Of a stretch of DNA of 64,000 nt, positions 20,326 through 31,285 are shown in pieces. The notes beneath the pieces were generated by a model. It was not told the origin of the DNA and made no database searches. It saw only the letters and a program-made list of their open reading frames with translations. Positions within the stretch are counted from its first letter, which is position 1; each line of letters opens with the position of its first letter. Source of the DNA: Nitrospirota bacterium (GTDB lineage: Bacteria; Nitrospirota; UBA9217); assembly GCA_963741205.1 (NCBI GenBank), contig CAVUHW010000008.1, forward strand, positions 64,001 through 128,000. Reading direction: 5' to 3'. A program made the translations under genes and the position numbers.

Positions 20326-21456
20326 TCAATAGAACAGCTGAAACCGTCGCGTCTGGATGTTCAAGAGCAATCCGAGGGCCAGGAAGGTGGCGATGATGGA
20401 AGTGCCGCCGTAGCTGACGAGGGGGAGCGGGACGCCCACGACGGGCACGATGCCTACGGCCATTCCCACGTTGATGAATACATAGAGCGAGATCATGGAT
20501 ACAATGCCTCCGGCCATGAGAACGCCGAGCCGGTCCTTTGCGTTCTTGGCGGTGTCGACGCCGACCAGCAGCAGGACCAGGTAAAGGAAAATAACAACGC
20601 TGGATCCGACGAGGCCTGTCTCCTCGGCGATGACGGCAAAAATGAAGTCTGTATGGCGTTCCGGCAAAAAGGCCATCTGGCTCTGTGTCCCTTTGCGGTA
20701 CCCCTTGCCGGAGATCTGGCCCGAGCCCACCGCGATCTTCGACTGGTTCGCATGATAGCCGCTGCCGAGCGGATCGGATCCGGGGTCTACGAACGCCTTG
20801 ATCCTGTTCTGCTGATACGGCTTGAGCGAACCCCAGATCTTAGTCCGGACTGGCGCAACCAGGAAGATCAGCGATATGATGACCGCGACGGCGAGCAGGA
20901 CGACCGTGAGGGACCGCAGCTGGATGCCTGCCATCATGGCTATCAGCAAGGATGTCAGGAGCAGCATGATCGCTGTGCCGAGGTCCGGCTGTTTCAGCAC
21001 CAGCAGGAGGGGGACCAGGACCATGGCGCCGGGTACGGCGAGGTCCTTCAGTTCATAGCCTCCACGCTTGGGGTCTTCGGCGAAGAACCTCGCGAGGGCC
21101 AGGGTGAGCGAGAGTTTGGCTAACTCGGACGGCTGGAACACGAAGGGGCCGATGGCGAGCCAGCGCTGCGCGCCCATGCCGGTGCGTCCGATTACCATGA
21201 CGAGAATCAGGAGCAGGAGCGAACAGGCATATAAGATGTAGGCATAGCGGCCGACGGTATGATAATCGGGAATGAGCGCGAGGAACATAATGACGATGCC
21301 GACGGAGATCCAGATTATTTGCTTATAAAAGAGCGGCGACGGACCGCGCGACGTGTACGTAGCGCTGTATACAGCGGCAAGTCCGATGCACGCGATGCCG
21401 AATATGAGGCCGATCATGCCCCAGGGCAGTTTAATGAACCAGCGTTTGCTGAACAT
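20326..21456 (-). CDS. rodA: Rod shape-determining protein RodA
   Basis: GAQRW, QPSE, QPDLGT and PERHTDFIF SEDS motifs; follows PBP2. Confidence 0.94.
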   Translation of the reverse strand: MFSKRWFIKLPWGMIGLIFGIACIGLAAVYSATYTSRGPSPLFYKQIIWISVGIVIMFLALIPDYHTVGRYAYILYACSLLLLILVMVIGRTGMGAQRWLAIGPFVFQPSELAKLSLTLALARFFAEDPKRGGYELKDLAVPGAMVLVPLLLVLKQPDLGTAIMLLLTSLLIAMMAGIQLRSLTVVLLAVAVIISLIFLVAPVRTKIWGSLKPYQQNRIKAFVDPGSDPLGSGYHANQSKIAVGSGQISGKGYRKGTQSQMAFLPERHTDFIFAVIAEETGLVGSSVVIFLYLVLLLVGVDTAKNAKDRLGVLMAGGIVSMISLYVFINVGMAVGIVPVVGVPLPLVSYGGTSIIATFLALGLLLNIQTRRFQLFY

Positions 21457-23242
21457 TCTTCAAATACTCCTCGATGACTCTTTTGGCTATGGGCGCCGCA
21501 ACAGACCCTCCGTGGCCGCCGTGCTCGACGACCACCGCAACGGCGATCTTCGGGTTCTCTACGGGCGCGTAGGCGACGAACCACGCATGGTCCCCTGTAT
21601 TCGCGGAAAGTCTCCTGCCCGCCACCTTTTGCGCGATGACCTGGGCGGTCCCGGTCTTTCCGGCCACGGTCGCGAGCGGCGTGTGGGCGGCATGGCCGGT
21701 GCCGCCGGGCTCGGCAACGACGCCCGCCAGCGCCTGTCGCACCTCCTCGAGCGCCTTGGCGTCAATGGTGATTTTGCCGTTCAGGTCGGTGGAGTACGTT
21801 TTGACCTCGCCGGTTTCGCGGTTCCGGGATTGTTTGAGCAGGGTGGGACGATAGAAATATCCCCCGTTCGCGACGACGCTCATCAACTGGCACGCCTGAA
21901 TCGGGCTGACGAGAACGAAGCCCTGGCCGATCGAGTTGATGAAAGTGTCACCGCCGCGCCAGATATCGCCGGTCCTCTTCTTCTTCCACTCCGTCGTGGG
22001 AATGAGGCCCGGCTTCTCGTCGGGCATCTGGATGCCGGTCAAGGTCCCGTATCCGAGCCTTTTTGCATATGCGGCGACACGGTCCCAGCCGATGCGTTCT
22101 CCCATGGTATAAAAGTAAACGTCGCAGGATTCGACGATGGCCCGGTGGAGCGAGATGGGGCCATGCCCTTTCTTTTGCCAGCACCGGAAACTGTGCTTGC
22201 CGCTGGCGAGAGAGCCGTGGCAGATGATCTTTTCATCGGGATCGATGACGCCGTATTCAAGGCCGGCCAGCGCAACGACGATCTTGAAGGTCGACCCGGG
22301 GGGATAGACGCTTTGGATAGCCCGATTGTACATGGGGTGAGACGGGTCGTCCATCAGACGGACCCAGTCTTGCGGTGAAATCCCGCGCGGAAACATGTTG
22401 GGGTCAAAGTTGGGGTGGCTTGCCATGGCGAGGATTTCGCCGGAGTTCGGGTCCATGGCGACGACGGCGCCGGCGCGCTCGCCGAGCCCCTCCTCGGCGG
22501 CCTTCTGGGCATCGAGGTCGATCGTGAGGTACATATCCGTACCGGGCCGGGGCTCCTCGATCCCCAGGTCCTTGACCTTCCTCCCCCCGGCATTCACCTG
22601 TATCATCCGGCGGCCCGGCGTACCGCGCAGGAGCTTGTCGTAGATCTTTTCGAGACCGCTCTGGCCTGCGAGCATGCCGATATCGGTCTGCTCCAGCTTG
22701 CGCTGGGACTGCGACACCTTGCCGATGTAGCCGAGTTGCTGCGAGGCGAGTCCGTCGTAGGGGTAATGCCTGCGGTGTTCCGGCTCGATGATGGTCCCTG
22801 CAAGGTCCTCCTGGTGCGCTTCCACGAGCGCCACTTCATCCCACGTCGCTTCTTCCCGTATCTTCACCGGTTCGTACTTCGTCCTGCCAGCCGCGGCCTC
22901 GTCCAGGGCCTTGCGGATCGAGGCCTCGTCGATTTTTACGATCGAGGACATTTTCCGGATCGTACTCTCAAGGTTCTGCGCGTCTTCCGGCACGAGCGAG
23001 ATATCGAAGGTCAGCGCGTTCTCGACGATGGGCCTGCCCATGCGGTCATAGATGACGCCCCGCGGAGGTCTGATTTTCACGGGCCGGATGCGGTTGCTTT
23101 CAGCCTGTTCATAATAATAGTCTCCCTTTACCGCCTGGAGATACCAGAGGCGGATAAAGAGAACCAGGGTGAACGCAATGATAAAGACCGCTAAAAGGGG
23201 GAGTCTTCTCTGAATATCGGTTGGGATGTCCTGCCGGTCCAT
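21431..23242 (-). CDS. mrdA: Penicillin-binding protein 2
   Basis: STFK, SCD and KTG motifs; mre operon context. Confidence 0.94.
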   Translation of the reverse strand: MDRQDIPTDIQRRLPLLAVFIIAFTLVLFIRLWYLQAVKGDYYYEQAESNRIRPVKIRPPRGVIYDRMGRPIVENALTFDISLVPEDAQNLESTIRKMSSIVKIDEASIRKALDEAAAGRTKYEPVKIREEATWDEVALVEAHQEDLAGTIIEPEHRRHYPYDGLASQQLGYIGKVSQSQRKLEQTDIGMLAGQSGLEKIYDKLLRGTPGRRMIQVNAGGRKVKDLGIEEPRPGTDMYLTIDLDAQKAAEEGLGERAGAVVAMDPNSGEILAMASHPNFDPNMFPRGISPQDWVRLMDDPSHPMYNRAIQSVYPPGSTFKIVVALAGLEYGVIDPDEKIICHGSLASGKHSFRCWQKKGHGPISLHRAIVESCDVYFYTMGERIGWDRVAAYAKRLGYGTLTGIQMPDEKPGLIPTTEWKKKRTGDIWRGGDTFINSIGQGFVLVSPIQACQLMSVVANGGYFYRPTLLKQSRNRETGEVKTYSTDLNGKITIDAKALEEVRQALAGVVAEPGGTGHAAHTPLATVAGKTGTAQVIAQKVAGRRLSANTGDHAWFVAYAPVENPKIAVAVVVEHGGHGGSVAAPIAKRVIEEYLKNVQQTLVH

Positions 23243-23755
23243 TTACAGCTCCTTCTGAACGTCGTGTCTTTTCAGCATGGGGAGGACGTTTTTCCTGGTG
23301 ACCACCCGCAGTACCAGGAGGCCCAGCAGGCTGGTATATATCGCCTGAGGAAGGAGTCGGCCCGTTATGATGCTGAGAAACGGCACCTCGCCGTAGATCA
23401 CCTGCAGGAACAGTGAAATCAGTATGCCTTCGACCAGGCTGAAGGCCGCCAGAAATGGAACGACGGTGGGGCTGGTAGTGTCGATCATCCTTAATCCGAG
23501 CAGTCCGGCAGTGAGACCGGCCAGCCCTCGCGTGAGGCCGGAGAACCCAAGGAGGCTGGCGGAGGCAATGTCCTGGACCAGGCCGATGCCCATCCCCGCC
23601 ATTGCCGCTTCAGCCGGGCCGGTGAGCAGACCGATGACGAAAATGAGGGCCAGGGCAAGATCAGGCTTGATGCCGCCCAGAGAAAACATGTCGAGAAGGC
23701 TGGCTTGGAAAGGGATGATCAACAGGAGCAAAATGACGTAGACGTGGGGTTTCAT
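23243..23755 (-). CDS. mreD: Rod shape-determining protein MreD
   Basis: Hydrophobic protein with PDL and G..QD motifs; lies between mreC and mrdA. Confidence 0.85.
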   Translation of the reverse strand: MKPHVYVILLLLIIPFQASLLDMFSLGGIKPDLALALIFVIGLLTGPAEAAMAGMGIGLVQDIASASLLGFSGLTRGLAGLTAGLLGLRMIDTTSPTVVPFLAAFSLVEGILISLFLQVIYGEVPFLSIITGRLLPQAIYTSLLGLLVLRVVTRKNVLPMLKRHDVQKEL

Positions 23756-24558
23756 GGCAAAAGCACCAGTGCCTCTTCCAGGCGGCTCAGTTGCACGGAG
23801 GGCTCGGCAACGACGGTTTGAAACGCGACCGCTTCATGCTTCGTTACCTTTTTGACCGTTGCTACGGGGATACCTTTGGGGTAGATGCCGTCGAGTCCCG
23901 AAGTGACCAGCAAATCGCCTTCCTGAATGTCCGAGTAAAAGGAAACAAATTTGAGGGCGCAGTTGATGAGTTTGCCCTCGAGCAGGCCCTCTTCCCGATT
24001 GCGCTGGACCCTGACCGCCACCGTGCTGCCGGGATCCGTGAGGAGTATGACCTTCGCGGTGCCGGGGAGCGCCGCTTGTATCTTTCCCACCACGCCTTCG
24101 GAGGTGATGACCGGCATGTCCTTGCGGATGCCGTCCTTGGAGCCTTTGTTGATCGTGATGGTGCTCGAGGCGGGCGACATGTTTTTGCTGATGATCTGGA
24201 CGGCGATCGAGGTCCAGGGCCGGGACTTCTTGAAGTCGAGCGCATCCCTCAACCGTTCATTCTCCAGGAGAAGTTCATTTTCGACTGAATTTTCGATCCT
24301 CAGCCGGTCGATCTCCTCCTTGAGCCGCTGGTTTTCCTGCACGGTTCCTACGAGAAACACGTACCCTTTTCCGATCGACAATGCCGTGTTGAACGGCCAA
24401 ATGATGATGCGCTCAAGGAACCCGGAGACGGCAAGGACCGGTTTTTCCAGCAGCGTGAACCTTCCGTTCTTGACCTGGATGGTGAGGAGCCAGAACAGGA
24501 CCGTAAAGAGGACGAAAATGAAAATAGATTTTTTGTATTTTGTGATAAACCCGGGCAT
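23752..24558 (-). CDS. mreC: Rod shape-determining protein MreC
   Basis: TM helix, coiled coil (ENERLR), INKGSKDGI and TSGLDGIYPKG; start may be 24597. Confidence 0.92.
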   Translation of the reverse strand: MPGFITKYKKSIFIFVLFTVLFWLLTIQVKNGRFTLLEKPVLAVSGFLERIIIWPFNTALSIGKGYVFLVGTVQENQRLKEEIDRLRIENSVENELLLENERLRDALDFKKSRPWTSIAVQIISKNMSPASSTITINKGSKDGIRKDMPVITSEGVVGKIQAALPGTAKVILLTDPGSTVAVRVQRNREEGLLEGKLINCALKFVSFYSDIQEGDLLVTSGLDGIYPKGIPVATVKKVTKHEAVAFQTVVAEPSVQLSRLEEALVLLP

Positions 24559-24691
24559 CTCGGGAAGCCGCTTTCCGTTTACCCCGTCAAAGATCATCCG
24601 GTGCCTCCACGTCCCCGCGCTCTCGCCGCGGAGATGTTCGCCACACTATTTCATCATGGTGAATCAGCACGCCAGGTGATATCTCACGGAC

Positions 24692-25717
24692 TTACATCAT
24701 GACCTTTTTCAGAAATTCCTCGTCATCTAGGACCTTGCCCGCGCCGAGCGCCACGCAGGTCAGCGGGTTCTCCGCGATGATGATGGGGAGCGACGTTTCC
24801 TCGCGCAGGAAGACGTCCATGCCCCGCAGCAGGGCGCCGCCGCCTGCAAGAACGATCCCCTTGTCCACGATGTCGGCCGAGAGTTCAGGCGGTGTGTTCT
24901 CGAGGGCCAGCTTGATGCCGTTCAGGATCTGGCTTACGGGCTCCGCGAGCGACTCGCGCACCTCGTCGTCATCGAGGATAAGCGTCTTGGGTATGCCGGA
25001 AACAAGGTCGCGGCCCTTGATTTCCATGGTCAGTCGCTGGCTGTCCGTTTTGTAGGCGGAGCCGAGCTCCATCTTAATCGATTCGGCCATCATTTCGCCG
25101 ATGAGGAGATTGTATTTCCGCTTGATATAGTTGATGATCGCCTCGTCCATCTTGTCACCGCCGACACGGATAGCCTTGCTGTATACTACGCCGTTCATCG
25201 AGATGACGGCGATGTCCGTCGTTCCACCGCCGATGTCCACGATCATATTGCCCGACGGCTCAGAGATCGGCAGCCCCGTGCCGATGGCCGCCGCCACAGG
25301 TTCCTCGATCAGGAAGACGCCGCGTCCGCCCGAGGAGATTGCCGCGTCCTTGACGGCTCGCTGCTCCACCTGGGTGATCCCCGATGGTACGCCAATGACG
25401 ATGCGCGGCCGCATGAAGGACTTCCGGTTGTGGACGCGCTGGATGAAATACTTGAGCATTTCGCCGGTATAGTCGAAGTCGGAGATCACGCCATCCTTGA
25501 TCGGACGGATCGTCTGGACGTCGCCGGGGGTCCGTCCGAGCATCCTCTTTGCGTCGGAGCCGACAGCGAGGACCTTGCCGGACTTCTTAGAAATAGCCAC
25601 GACGGACGGTTCATTGCAGACGATCCCCTTGCCCTTGACGTAGACGAGGGTGTTCGCCGTTCCGAGGTCGATGGCCATGTCGTTCGAAAACCAGCCCATG
25701 ATGGAATTGATAAACAT
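24692..25717 (-). CDS. mreB: Actin-like protein MreB
   Basis: DLGTANT, DIGGGTT and LAGGGALL motifs. Confidence 0.97.
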   Translation of the reverse strand: MFINSIMGWFSNDMAIDLGTANTLVYVKGKGIVCNEPSVVAISKKSGKVLAVGSDAKRMLGRTPGDVQTIRPIKDGVISDFDYTGEMLKYFIQRVHNRKSFMRPRIVIGVPSGITQVEQRAVKDAAISSGGRGVFLIEEPVAAAIGTGLPISEPSGNMIVDIGGGTTDIAVISMNGVVYSKAIRVGGDKMDEAIINYIKRKYNLLIGEMMAESIKMELGSAYKTDSQRLTMEIKGRDLVSGIPKTLILDDDEVRESLAEPVSQILNGIKLALENTPPELSADIVDKGIVLAGGGALLRGMDVFLREETSLPIIIAENPLTCVALGAGKVLDDEEFLKKVMM

Positions 25718-25791
25718 TGTCGGAAGAAGCTCCTTTCGAATACCGGATAGAGTGCCGTCTCTCCGCGGCAGTGTGTGAATGCCGCCAAACG

Positions 25792-26280
25792 CTAAGGCTT
25801 CACGGCGTCCTGCGGTTCCTCCGCGGCGGGTTGCCGCCCGGGAGGTTGCTGCGTCCGAACAAACGCGGGAACAGCCGGGATCACCACGGTCCGCGCCAGC
25901 AGATCACCGATACGCATGCCCCGCTCATCACCGAGAGCGGCCAGGCATTCCAGACCAACAGCCACGGCGCAGAGCGCCCAGCCCGCGTAGGGTATCAGGA
26001 AGAGAAGGTACGCAACCGCAAACGGCGTATTTCTGATGATTGATTCCCGGTAGGTCGCCTCCGGCGCGGCGTCGTCCGCTGCTATCACGCGGAGACCTAT
26101 CAGTTTTTTCCCGATGCTGCGGCGGTCGAATAGACCGTCGCGGATAAGAATGTAGCCTGAGGCGAACAAGAACCCGAGTACGTCCGGCAACCTGGCCAGG
26201 CCGATGATGATCAGAAGATCGACAAATCCCGCAACCGCTCTGGTTGTAAGGTCCGCGCGCGGCAAGGAGCCTCCTAGCAT
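25792..26280 (-). CDS. RDD family membrane protein
   Basis: [19 protein letters not shown] and RIGDLLART motifs. Confidence 0.85.
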   Translation of the reverse strand: MLGGSLPRADLTTRAVAGFVDLLIIIGLARLPDVLGFLFASGYILIRDGLFDRRSIGKKLIGLRVIAADDAAPEATYRESIIRNTPFAVAYLLFLIPYAGWALCAVAVGLECLAALGDERGMRIGDLLARTVVIPAVPAFVRTQQPPGRQPAAEEPQDAVKP

Positions 26281-26570
26281 AAATTCCCTAAAACCTATTC
26301 ATAGTAACAGAATAACAAAGCGATTTCAAGCGCAAAAAGGCGCGGAGCGCCCGAATGAAATATGAGCCCCCAGGGTAGGCGATCAGGGTCTTCCGGTTTG
26401 TCCGGCTGCTCAGGGTAAGGGAAAATGAATTAGAGCTTTTCTCCTTCAAATGGTGTATAATAGCATGTTTGAATTACAGGCCGGGTCCCGATTGCCGATG
26501 CCGCGGACCATCCGGCCAGCGCTCCGAAGTCCGTGGGCGAAAAACTCTAAGCCTCAAAAAGGAGATTTCC

Positions 26571-26972
26571 ATGCTTGAAAAGTGTTCAGCCGGCGACAAT
26601 ATCGCCGCCTACTGTACAAAATGCAAATTGGGTCTTGACCATGTTGTCGTGGCCATGGATGGGGAGACGATCGTCAAGGTAAAATGCAAGACCTGCGGCA
26701 GCGCGCACAAATTCAGGGACCCCGCGGACGTAAAAAAGCCGCGGGCCGCGAAGAAAAAAGAAGACGCGGATAAGGCAGCCGAAACGCTTTGGGAAAGCTG
26801 TCTTGCGACGACAAAAGGCAAGGAGCGCGCCTACGACATGGGGTGCAAGTTCCGCATCGGCGACGTCGTAATGCACAACACCTTCGGCAAGGGCGTCGTG
26901 CGGAAGCTCTATATGAACAAATGCGACGTGCTTTTCAAGGACAAGGAACGCCTGATGGCATCGGCGAACTGA
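26571..26972 (+). CDS. Conserved hypothetical protein: Zn-ribbon plus Tudor-like domain
   Basis: AGGAG RBS; CTKC..H..CKTC..H; C-terminal GDVVMHNTFGKGVV. Confidence 0.75.
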   Translation: MLEKCSAGDNIAAYCTKCKLGLDHVVVAMDGETIVKVKCKTCGSAHKFRDPADVKKPRAAKKKEDADKAAETLWESCLATTKGKERAYDMGCKFRIGDVVMHNTFGKGVVRKLYMNKCDVLFKDKERLMASAN

Positions 26973-27112
26973 GGAAAGAAACGAAGGACGAGAAATGAGC
27001 GACGACGGACGAAAATGGAAAAGACATTGCGTCCGTCGTTTTTGTTAGCAAATCAAACGGCCGTCTCTCGCCAGTCACTAGCTTCCCTCTCCGCAGCGAT
27101 CCTTCCTCTCAT

Positions 27113-28285
27113 ATGCATAAATCCCCTATTCTCATCACCTGCCCCAAGGGCATTCCTCCTTTTCTCAGGCAAGAACTGACCGCCATGAACTTCCCGGTGC
27201 TGTCCGAGCACGTGGCCGCTGTCGGGACCGAGGGGACCTATGACGACGCCCTCCGTCTCAACCTGCGACTTCGCACGGCCCACCGCGTGCTCGTGCAGCT
27301 TCAGGAGTTCAGCGCGAAAGATGCAGAAGAACTCTACGCGCGGATCGCGGCGATAAACTGGGAAGAGTACATTCCCGAAGACGGCTATGTCTGCGTGACT
27401 TCGAGCGTGGAGAACCCGAGCATCAGGGACACGCGCTTCGCGACCCTGCGGTGCAAGGACGCCATTGTGGATCGGATCAAGGAGAAGAAAGGAAGGCGGC
27501 CCGATTCCGGCCCGGAGAGGGACCGGAGCGTCGTTCACCTCTACTGGAAGGGCGACCGCGGATCCGTGTACTTCGACACCTCGGGAGAGCCGCTCTCCCG
27601 CCGCGGCTACCGGAAAATTCCTCTCGCGGCCCCCATGCAAGAGACGCTCGCCGCCGCAGTCGCCCTCGCTACAGACTGGGACGGGAGCGGCGCCTTCGTC
27701 AATCCCATGTGCGGAAGCGGAACGCTTGCCATCGAGGCGGCGCAGATTGCCCTTGACCGGGCGCCGGGGCTTTTGCGGAGCAACTTTGGATTCATGCATT
27801 TAAAAGGTTTTAATGCCGCCCTCTGGCGCGAACTTCGCGAAGAGGCAAGGAAAGAATCGAGGAAAAGTCCGGCGGGGCGGATCATCGCCACGGACTCGAG
27901 CCCCGAAGCAGTCGAGGCGGCCCGAAAGAACGCCACAACAGCGGGCGTGGACCATCTCATCGAATTTGGCGTCTGCGATTTCGTTGACACACCGGTGCCC
28001 GAAGGAGGCGGGGTCGTCGTCATGAACCCCGCGTACGGCGAGCGCATGGGAGAGATCGCAAAACTTGAAGAGACGTATAAAAGAATCGGAGACTTTCTCA
28101 AGCAGAAGTGCAAAGGATATACCGGGTACGTGTTTACGGGAAACCCCGGCCTTGCCAAAAAGGTGAGCCTCAAGCCGAAGCAGAGCTTTCAGTTCTTCAA
28201 CAGCGGCATCGAATGCCGTCTGCTTGAATACGACCTCTACGAAGGGACCAGAAAGATCAAGAAACCCAAGTCACAGCCCGCCTGA
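27113..28285 (+). CDS. THUMP-domain RNA methyltransferase (RlmL-like)
   Basis: DTSGEPLSRRGYR, APMQETLAA, PMCGSGT and NPAYGER motifs. Confidence 0.88.
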   Translation: MHKSPILITCPKGIPPFLRQELTAMNFPVLSEHVAAVGTEGTYDDALRLNLRLRTAHRVLVQLQEFSAKDAEELYARIAAINWEEYIPEDGYVCVTSSVENPSIRDTRFATLRCKDAIVDRIKEKKGRRPDSGPERDRSVVHLYWKGDRGSVYFDTSGEPLSRRGYRKIPLAAPMQETLAAAVALATDWDGSGAFVNPMCGSGTLAIEAAQIALDRAPGLLRSNFGFMHLKGFNAALWRELREEARKESRKSPAGRIIATDSSPEAVEAARKNATTAGVDHLIEFGVCDFVDTPVPEGGGVVVMNPAYGERMGEIAKLEETYKRIGDFLKQKCKGYTGYVFTGNPGLAKKVSLKPKQSFQFFNSGIECRLLEYDLYEGTRKIKKPKSQPA

Positions 28286-28352
28286 AGCCAATCTCGCGAC
28301 CAAGCCCATTTCGCCTTTTGCGCTACACGCTCTATACTCATCTTCAAACTCC

Positions 28353-28380
28353 TTGACAAAAACAGACCGCGTACTATAAT
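28353..28380 (+). promoter_or_regulatory. sigma70-type promoter
   Basis: TTGACA-16 bp-TATAAT, upstream of a GGAGGAG RBS and the ATG at 28416. Confidence 0.7.
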
Positions 28381-28415
28381 CGGCCAGTCTCATATCGGTC
28401 GGACAGGGGAGGAGC

Positions 28416-29221
28416 ATGACTGCTTTATGCAAAGGCGCGCCAAGGTCACCGGGAGTTCGCTGTTCCCCAATCAGAAGAGCGCTCAAGCAATTGGTGCTTT
28501 TCTTGGCGCTCCTCGCGCCCCTCGCATCCTGCAGCCTGCGCACACCGCCGCAGGCTGAAGACCTCAGAGACAAGGTGTTCAACGCATACGGGGGACGAGA
28601 GCGCCTCTCGCAGATCCATTCCATAGCGGCAGAGGGGCGTATAACAGCACTGGTCCGGGGCGACAGCGGCGTCTACCATCGCGCCCTGCGCAGGGACGGC
28701 AAGCTGTTCGTGGACATCCAGTACACCCGGTCCCGGGAAACGCGCATCCTGAACGGGACACAGGCTCTCCGCGGTGTCGACGGAAAGGTGGAGCAGGCAA
28801 GCGGCCCCGGCTATCTCGCCATGGTATACCAGTACAACGAGCTGAGCATGCCGTTTGCCCTGCTCGACGACACCTTTACCGTGAAGGACCTGGGACGCGA
28901 ATCCCGGGACGGCGCCGCTGTCCGCGTTCTCCATGCACGGACCGGGCCGGAAACAGCATGGACGTGTTCGTGGACGAGCTCACCTACCGGATCGTCAAAA
29001 CGCTCGGCCTTTTTTCAGTGGGTGACAAGACAACGAGCCTGAGCTCCGAGTTCGGCGAATTCAGATTTTTCGAAGGCGTGCTTGTCCCCTTTAAGATCGT
29101 CAATTACGCCGGAGGGACGAGAATCAGCGAAACGATCATCGATGACTATCTCTTTAACGCGCCAATGAGCGATGCACTGTTCGATCTCCACGGCCATACT
29201 CAGAACTATTCAGGGGATTGA
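28416..29221 (+). CDS. Hypothetical lipoprotein (apparent frameshift near 28938)
   Basis: Lipobox LASC; NAYGGRERL motif; continues in ORF 28958..29221 (GVLVPFKI). Confidence 0.65.
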
Positions 29222-29338
29222 GGCTGGGCCCACAGTCCGGTGGAATATCCGGCTAACATCGGCATGGCTTGGAAATCAAGATTTACCCGAAGAAGAAAAA
29301 GAAATTCAATGAGGTCGTGCTTTTTCAAGTAGTTTCCG

Positions 29339-30076
29339 CTAACTCATATACCTCCCGCCGTTTACATTGATAGTCTGTCCGGTAATGAAGCCGTTACAGG
29401 CAAGCAGCACGGCGACCGCGGCGACTTCTTCGGGCTCTCCGAAGCGGCCGAGCGGCACCATGCTCACGTTCAACTGCGGGAGGTTCGCCGACATATCGGA
29501 CCGAATCGGCCCCGGGGCGATGGTATTCGCGGTGATTCCTTCCTTTGCAAGCTGTGACGCGTAGTAGTGCGTGAGCCCGATGAGCCCCGCTTTTGAGGCG
29601 GCATAATGGGGACCGACGACGCCTCCGAGCTGGGCCGCGGTAGATGAAATATTGATGATCCTGCCCCAACGCGCGGTCCTCATGCCGGAAACGACCGCCT
29701 GGGTAACGAGAAAAGGTGCCCTCAAATTGACGTTCACGAGGGCGTCCCAGTCCTGTTCGGTGATAGTATCGAGGGTCTGCGTCCGTGCAATGCCTGCATT
29801 GTTTACCAGGATGGTCACCGTCCCGAGCTCGCGTCGAACGGTTTCCACCAGCCTTGTAACGTCCGGTGCCGATGAGACGTCCGCCCGCACTGCTGTGCAA
29901 TGTCTGCCAAGGTCCTTGATCTTACCGCAAACGTCCTGCGCTTCTTGTTCGTGTGCCCAATAGTTTATTGCGACATCCGCGCCTGCCTCCGCGAGGGCCA
30001 GGGCGATGGCCTTGCCGATGCCGCGGCTTGACCCAGTCACGAGGGCTGTTTTCCCGCTCAACTCCTGTGAACCCAT
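29339..30076 (-). CDS. Short-chain dehydrogenase/reductase (FabG-like)
   Basis: TGSSRGIG, NNAG and YAASK motifs. Confidence 0.92.
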   Translation of the reverse strand: MGSQELSGKTALVTGSSRGIGKAIALALAEAGADVAINYWAHEQEAQDVCGKIKDLGRHCTAVRADVSSAPDVTRLVETVRRELGTVTILVNNAGIARTQTLDTITEQDWDALVNVNLRAPFLVTQAVVSGMRTARWGRIINISSTAAQLGGVVGPHYAASKAGLIGLTHYYASQLAKEGITANTIAPGPIRSDMSANLPQLNVSMVPLGRFGEPEEVAAVAVLLACNGFITGQTINVNGGRYMS

Positions 30077-30347
30077 GGCAATTGACCTCCTTGATGTTCG
30101 ATGCCGATCATTCGTTCTATTCTATCACCATCGAGCGGCCGGAGTTTTCAGTTCAGCAGATCGGACAACGCTTCCGAGCCTATCATCGAGATATCCTACT
30201 TTGGTAGGATAAATATATTTTGTAATTTCTCTTCTCGCGGCCCTTGCCAACGCAGTTTTCCCGCACTAAACTTATTTTGTATCTTTTGCTCTTGCCCTAA
30301 ATTCTGCTGCACTACAGCAAACTTTTTTGCACACGTATCCAGTTATC

Positions 30348-30468
30348 CGTCATTCCGGCAAGGTTCTAGCCGGAATCCAGTGGCTTTGATTTTGCTTTTT
30401 CTTGAAAACTTGGATTCCCGATAGAACCATTGCCTGCATGACAACGTAAAGTGGGGAGCGGGAATGAC
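30348..30468. repeat. REP-like doublet, family A
   Basis: cgtcattccggc..gccggaatcc ... ggattcccga..cgggaatgac. Confidence 0.72.
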
Positions 30469-30493
30469 AAAAGTGTCAAGGAGGAATCCCTGC

Positions 30494-31132
30494 ATGGAAA
30501 AAGAAGACCATAAAGAAAAAAAGTCCCCGGATGACCCGGAGATGAAAGGCATGACCCGCCGCGGATTTCTTACGAGTGTGGGCGCGAGCGCCGCGGGTCT
30601 GGCCCTCTCCGAACGGCTCGGGGTGAAGCCCGCCGAAGCCGTGGAAGTGACTGAGCCGGGTCAGGCTTCCCGGATCGAGCTCACGATCAACGGCAGAAAA
30701 CACCGGCTCCTGGTCGAGCCTCGGTGGTCGCTGCTGTTCGTGCTCCGGGAACACCTGGGGTTTACGGGCACGAAGGTGGGATGCGAACGGGGCGAGTGCG
30801 GCGCCTGCACGGTCCTGATAAACGGCGTCCCGCGCTATGCCTGCATGACCCTGGCGGTCGAGGCGGACGGAAGAGAGATCACGACCGTTGAGGGCCTCAT
30901 GCGCGGCGAGGAACTGGGGCCTGTGCAGCAGGCATTCCTTGAAAAGGACGCATACCAGTGCGGTTACTGCACGCCGGGACAGATCATGGCCGTGGAGGGG
31001 CTGCTTCGAAAGACCCCATCTCCCACGCAGGACGAGGTGAGAGAGGGCGTGAGCGGGAACCTCTGCAGGTGCGGCGCTTACGTGAACATCTTCAAGGCCG
31101 CGCAGAGAGCGGCGGAACTCAAGAAGGCATAG
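30494..31132 (+). CDS. 2Fe-2S subunit of a xanthine dehydrogenase-family enzyme with a Tat signal (PaoA-like)
   Basis: TRRGFL Tat motif; GCERGECGACTV, QCGYCTPG and NLCRC motifs. Confidence 0.9.
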   Translation: MEKEDHKEKKSPDDPEMKGMTRRGFLTSVGASAAGLALSERLGVKPAEAVEVTEPGQASRIELTINGRKHRLLVEPRWSLLFVLREHLGFTGTKVGCERGECGACTVLINGVPRYACMTLAVEADGREITTVEGLMRGEELGPVQQAFLEKDAYQCGYCTPGQIMAVEGLLRKTPSPTQDEVREGVSGNLCRCGAYVNIFKAAQRAAELKKA

Positions 31133-31163
31133 TGAGAGGTTCAATTGTAAAACCTTATGTTTT

Positions 31164-31236
31164 GTCATTCCCGCGAAAGCGGGAATCCATTCTCGTATTG
31201 AAAAGCCAATGGATTCCGGGTCAAGCCCGGAATGAC
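31164..31236. repeat. REP-like doublet, family A
   Basis: gtcattcccgcgaaagcgggaatcc ... ggattccgggtcaagcccggaatgac. Confidence 0.8.
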
Positions 31237-31285
31237 AGCGCGTGGATATGAGGCTTTACTGATGGCCTTAAATGCGAGGTGAGGC

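Noticed and set aside
664-22378. Long antisense ORFs (e.g. 664..1980, 5500..6381, 10824..11849, 21353..22378)
   Set aside because: Shadow frames of well-supported genes in GC-rich DNA
30080-30345. Moco riboswitch or ModE site upstream of the molybdoenzyme
   Set aside because: Only an AT-rich spacer and a REP-like element are visible; no recognisable consensus
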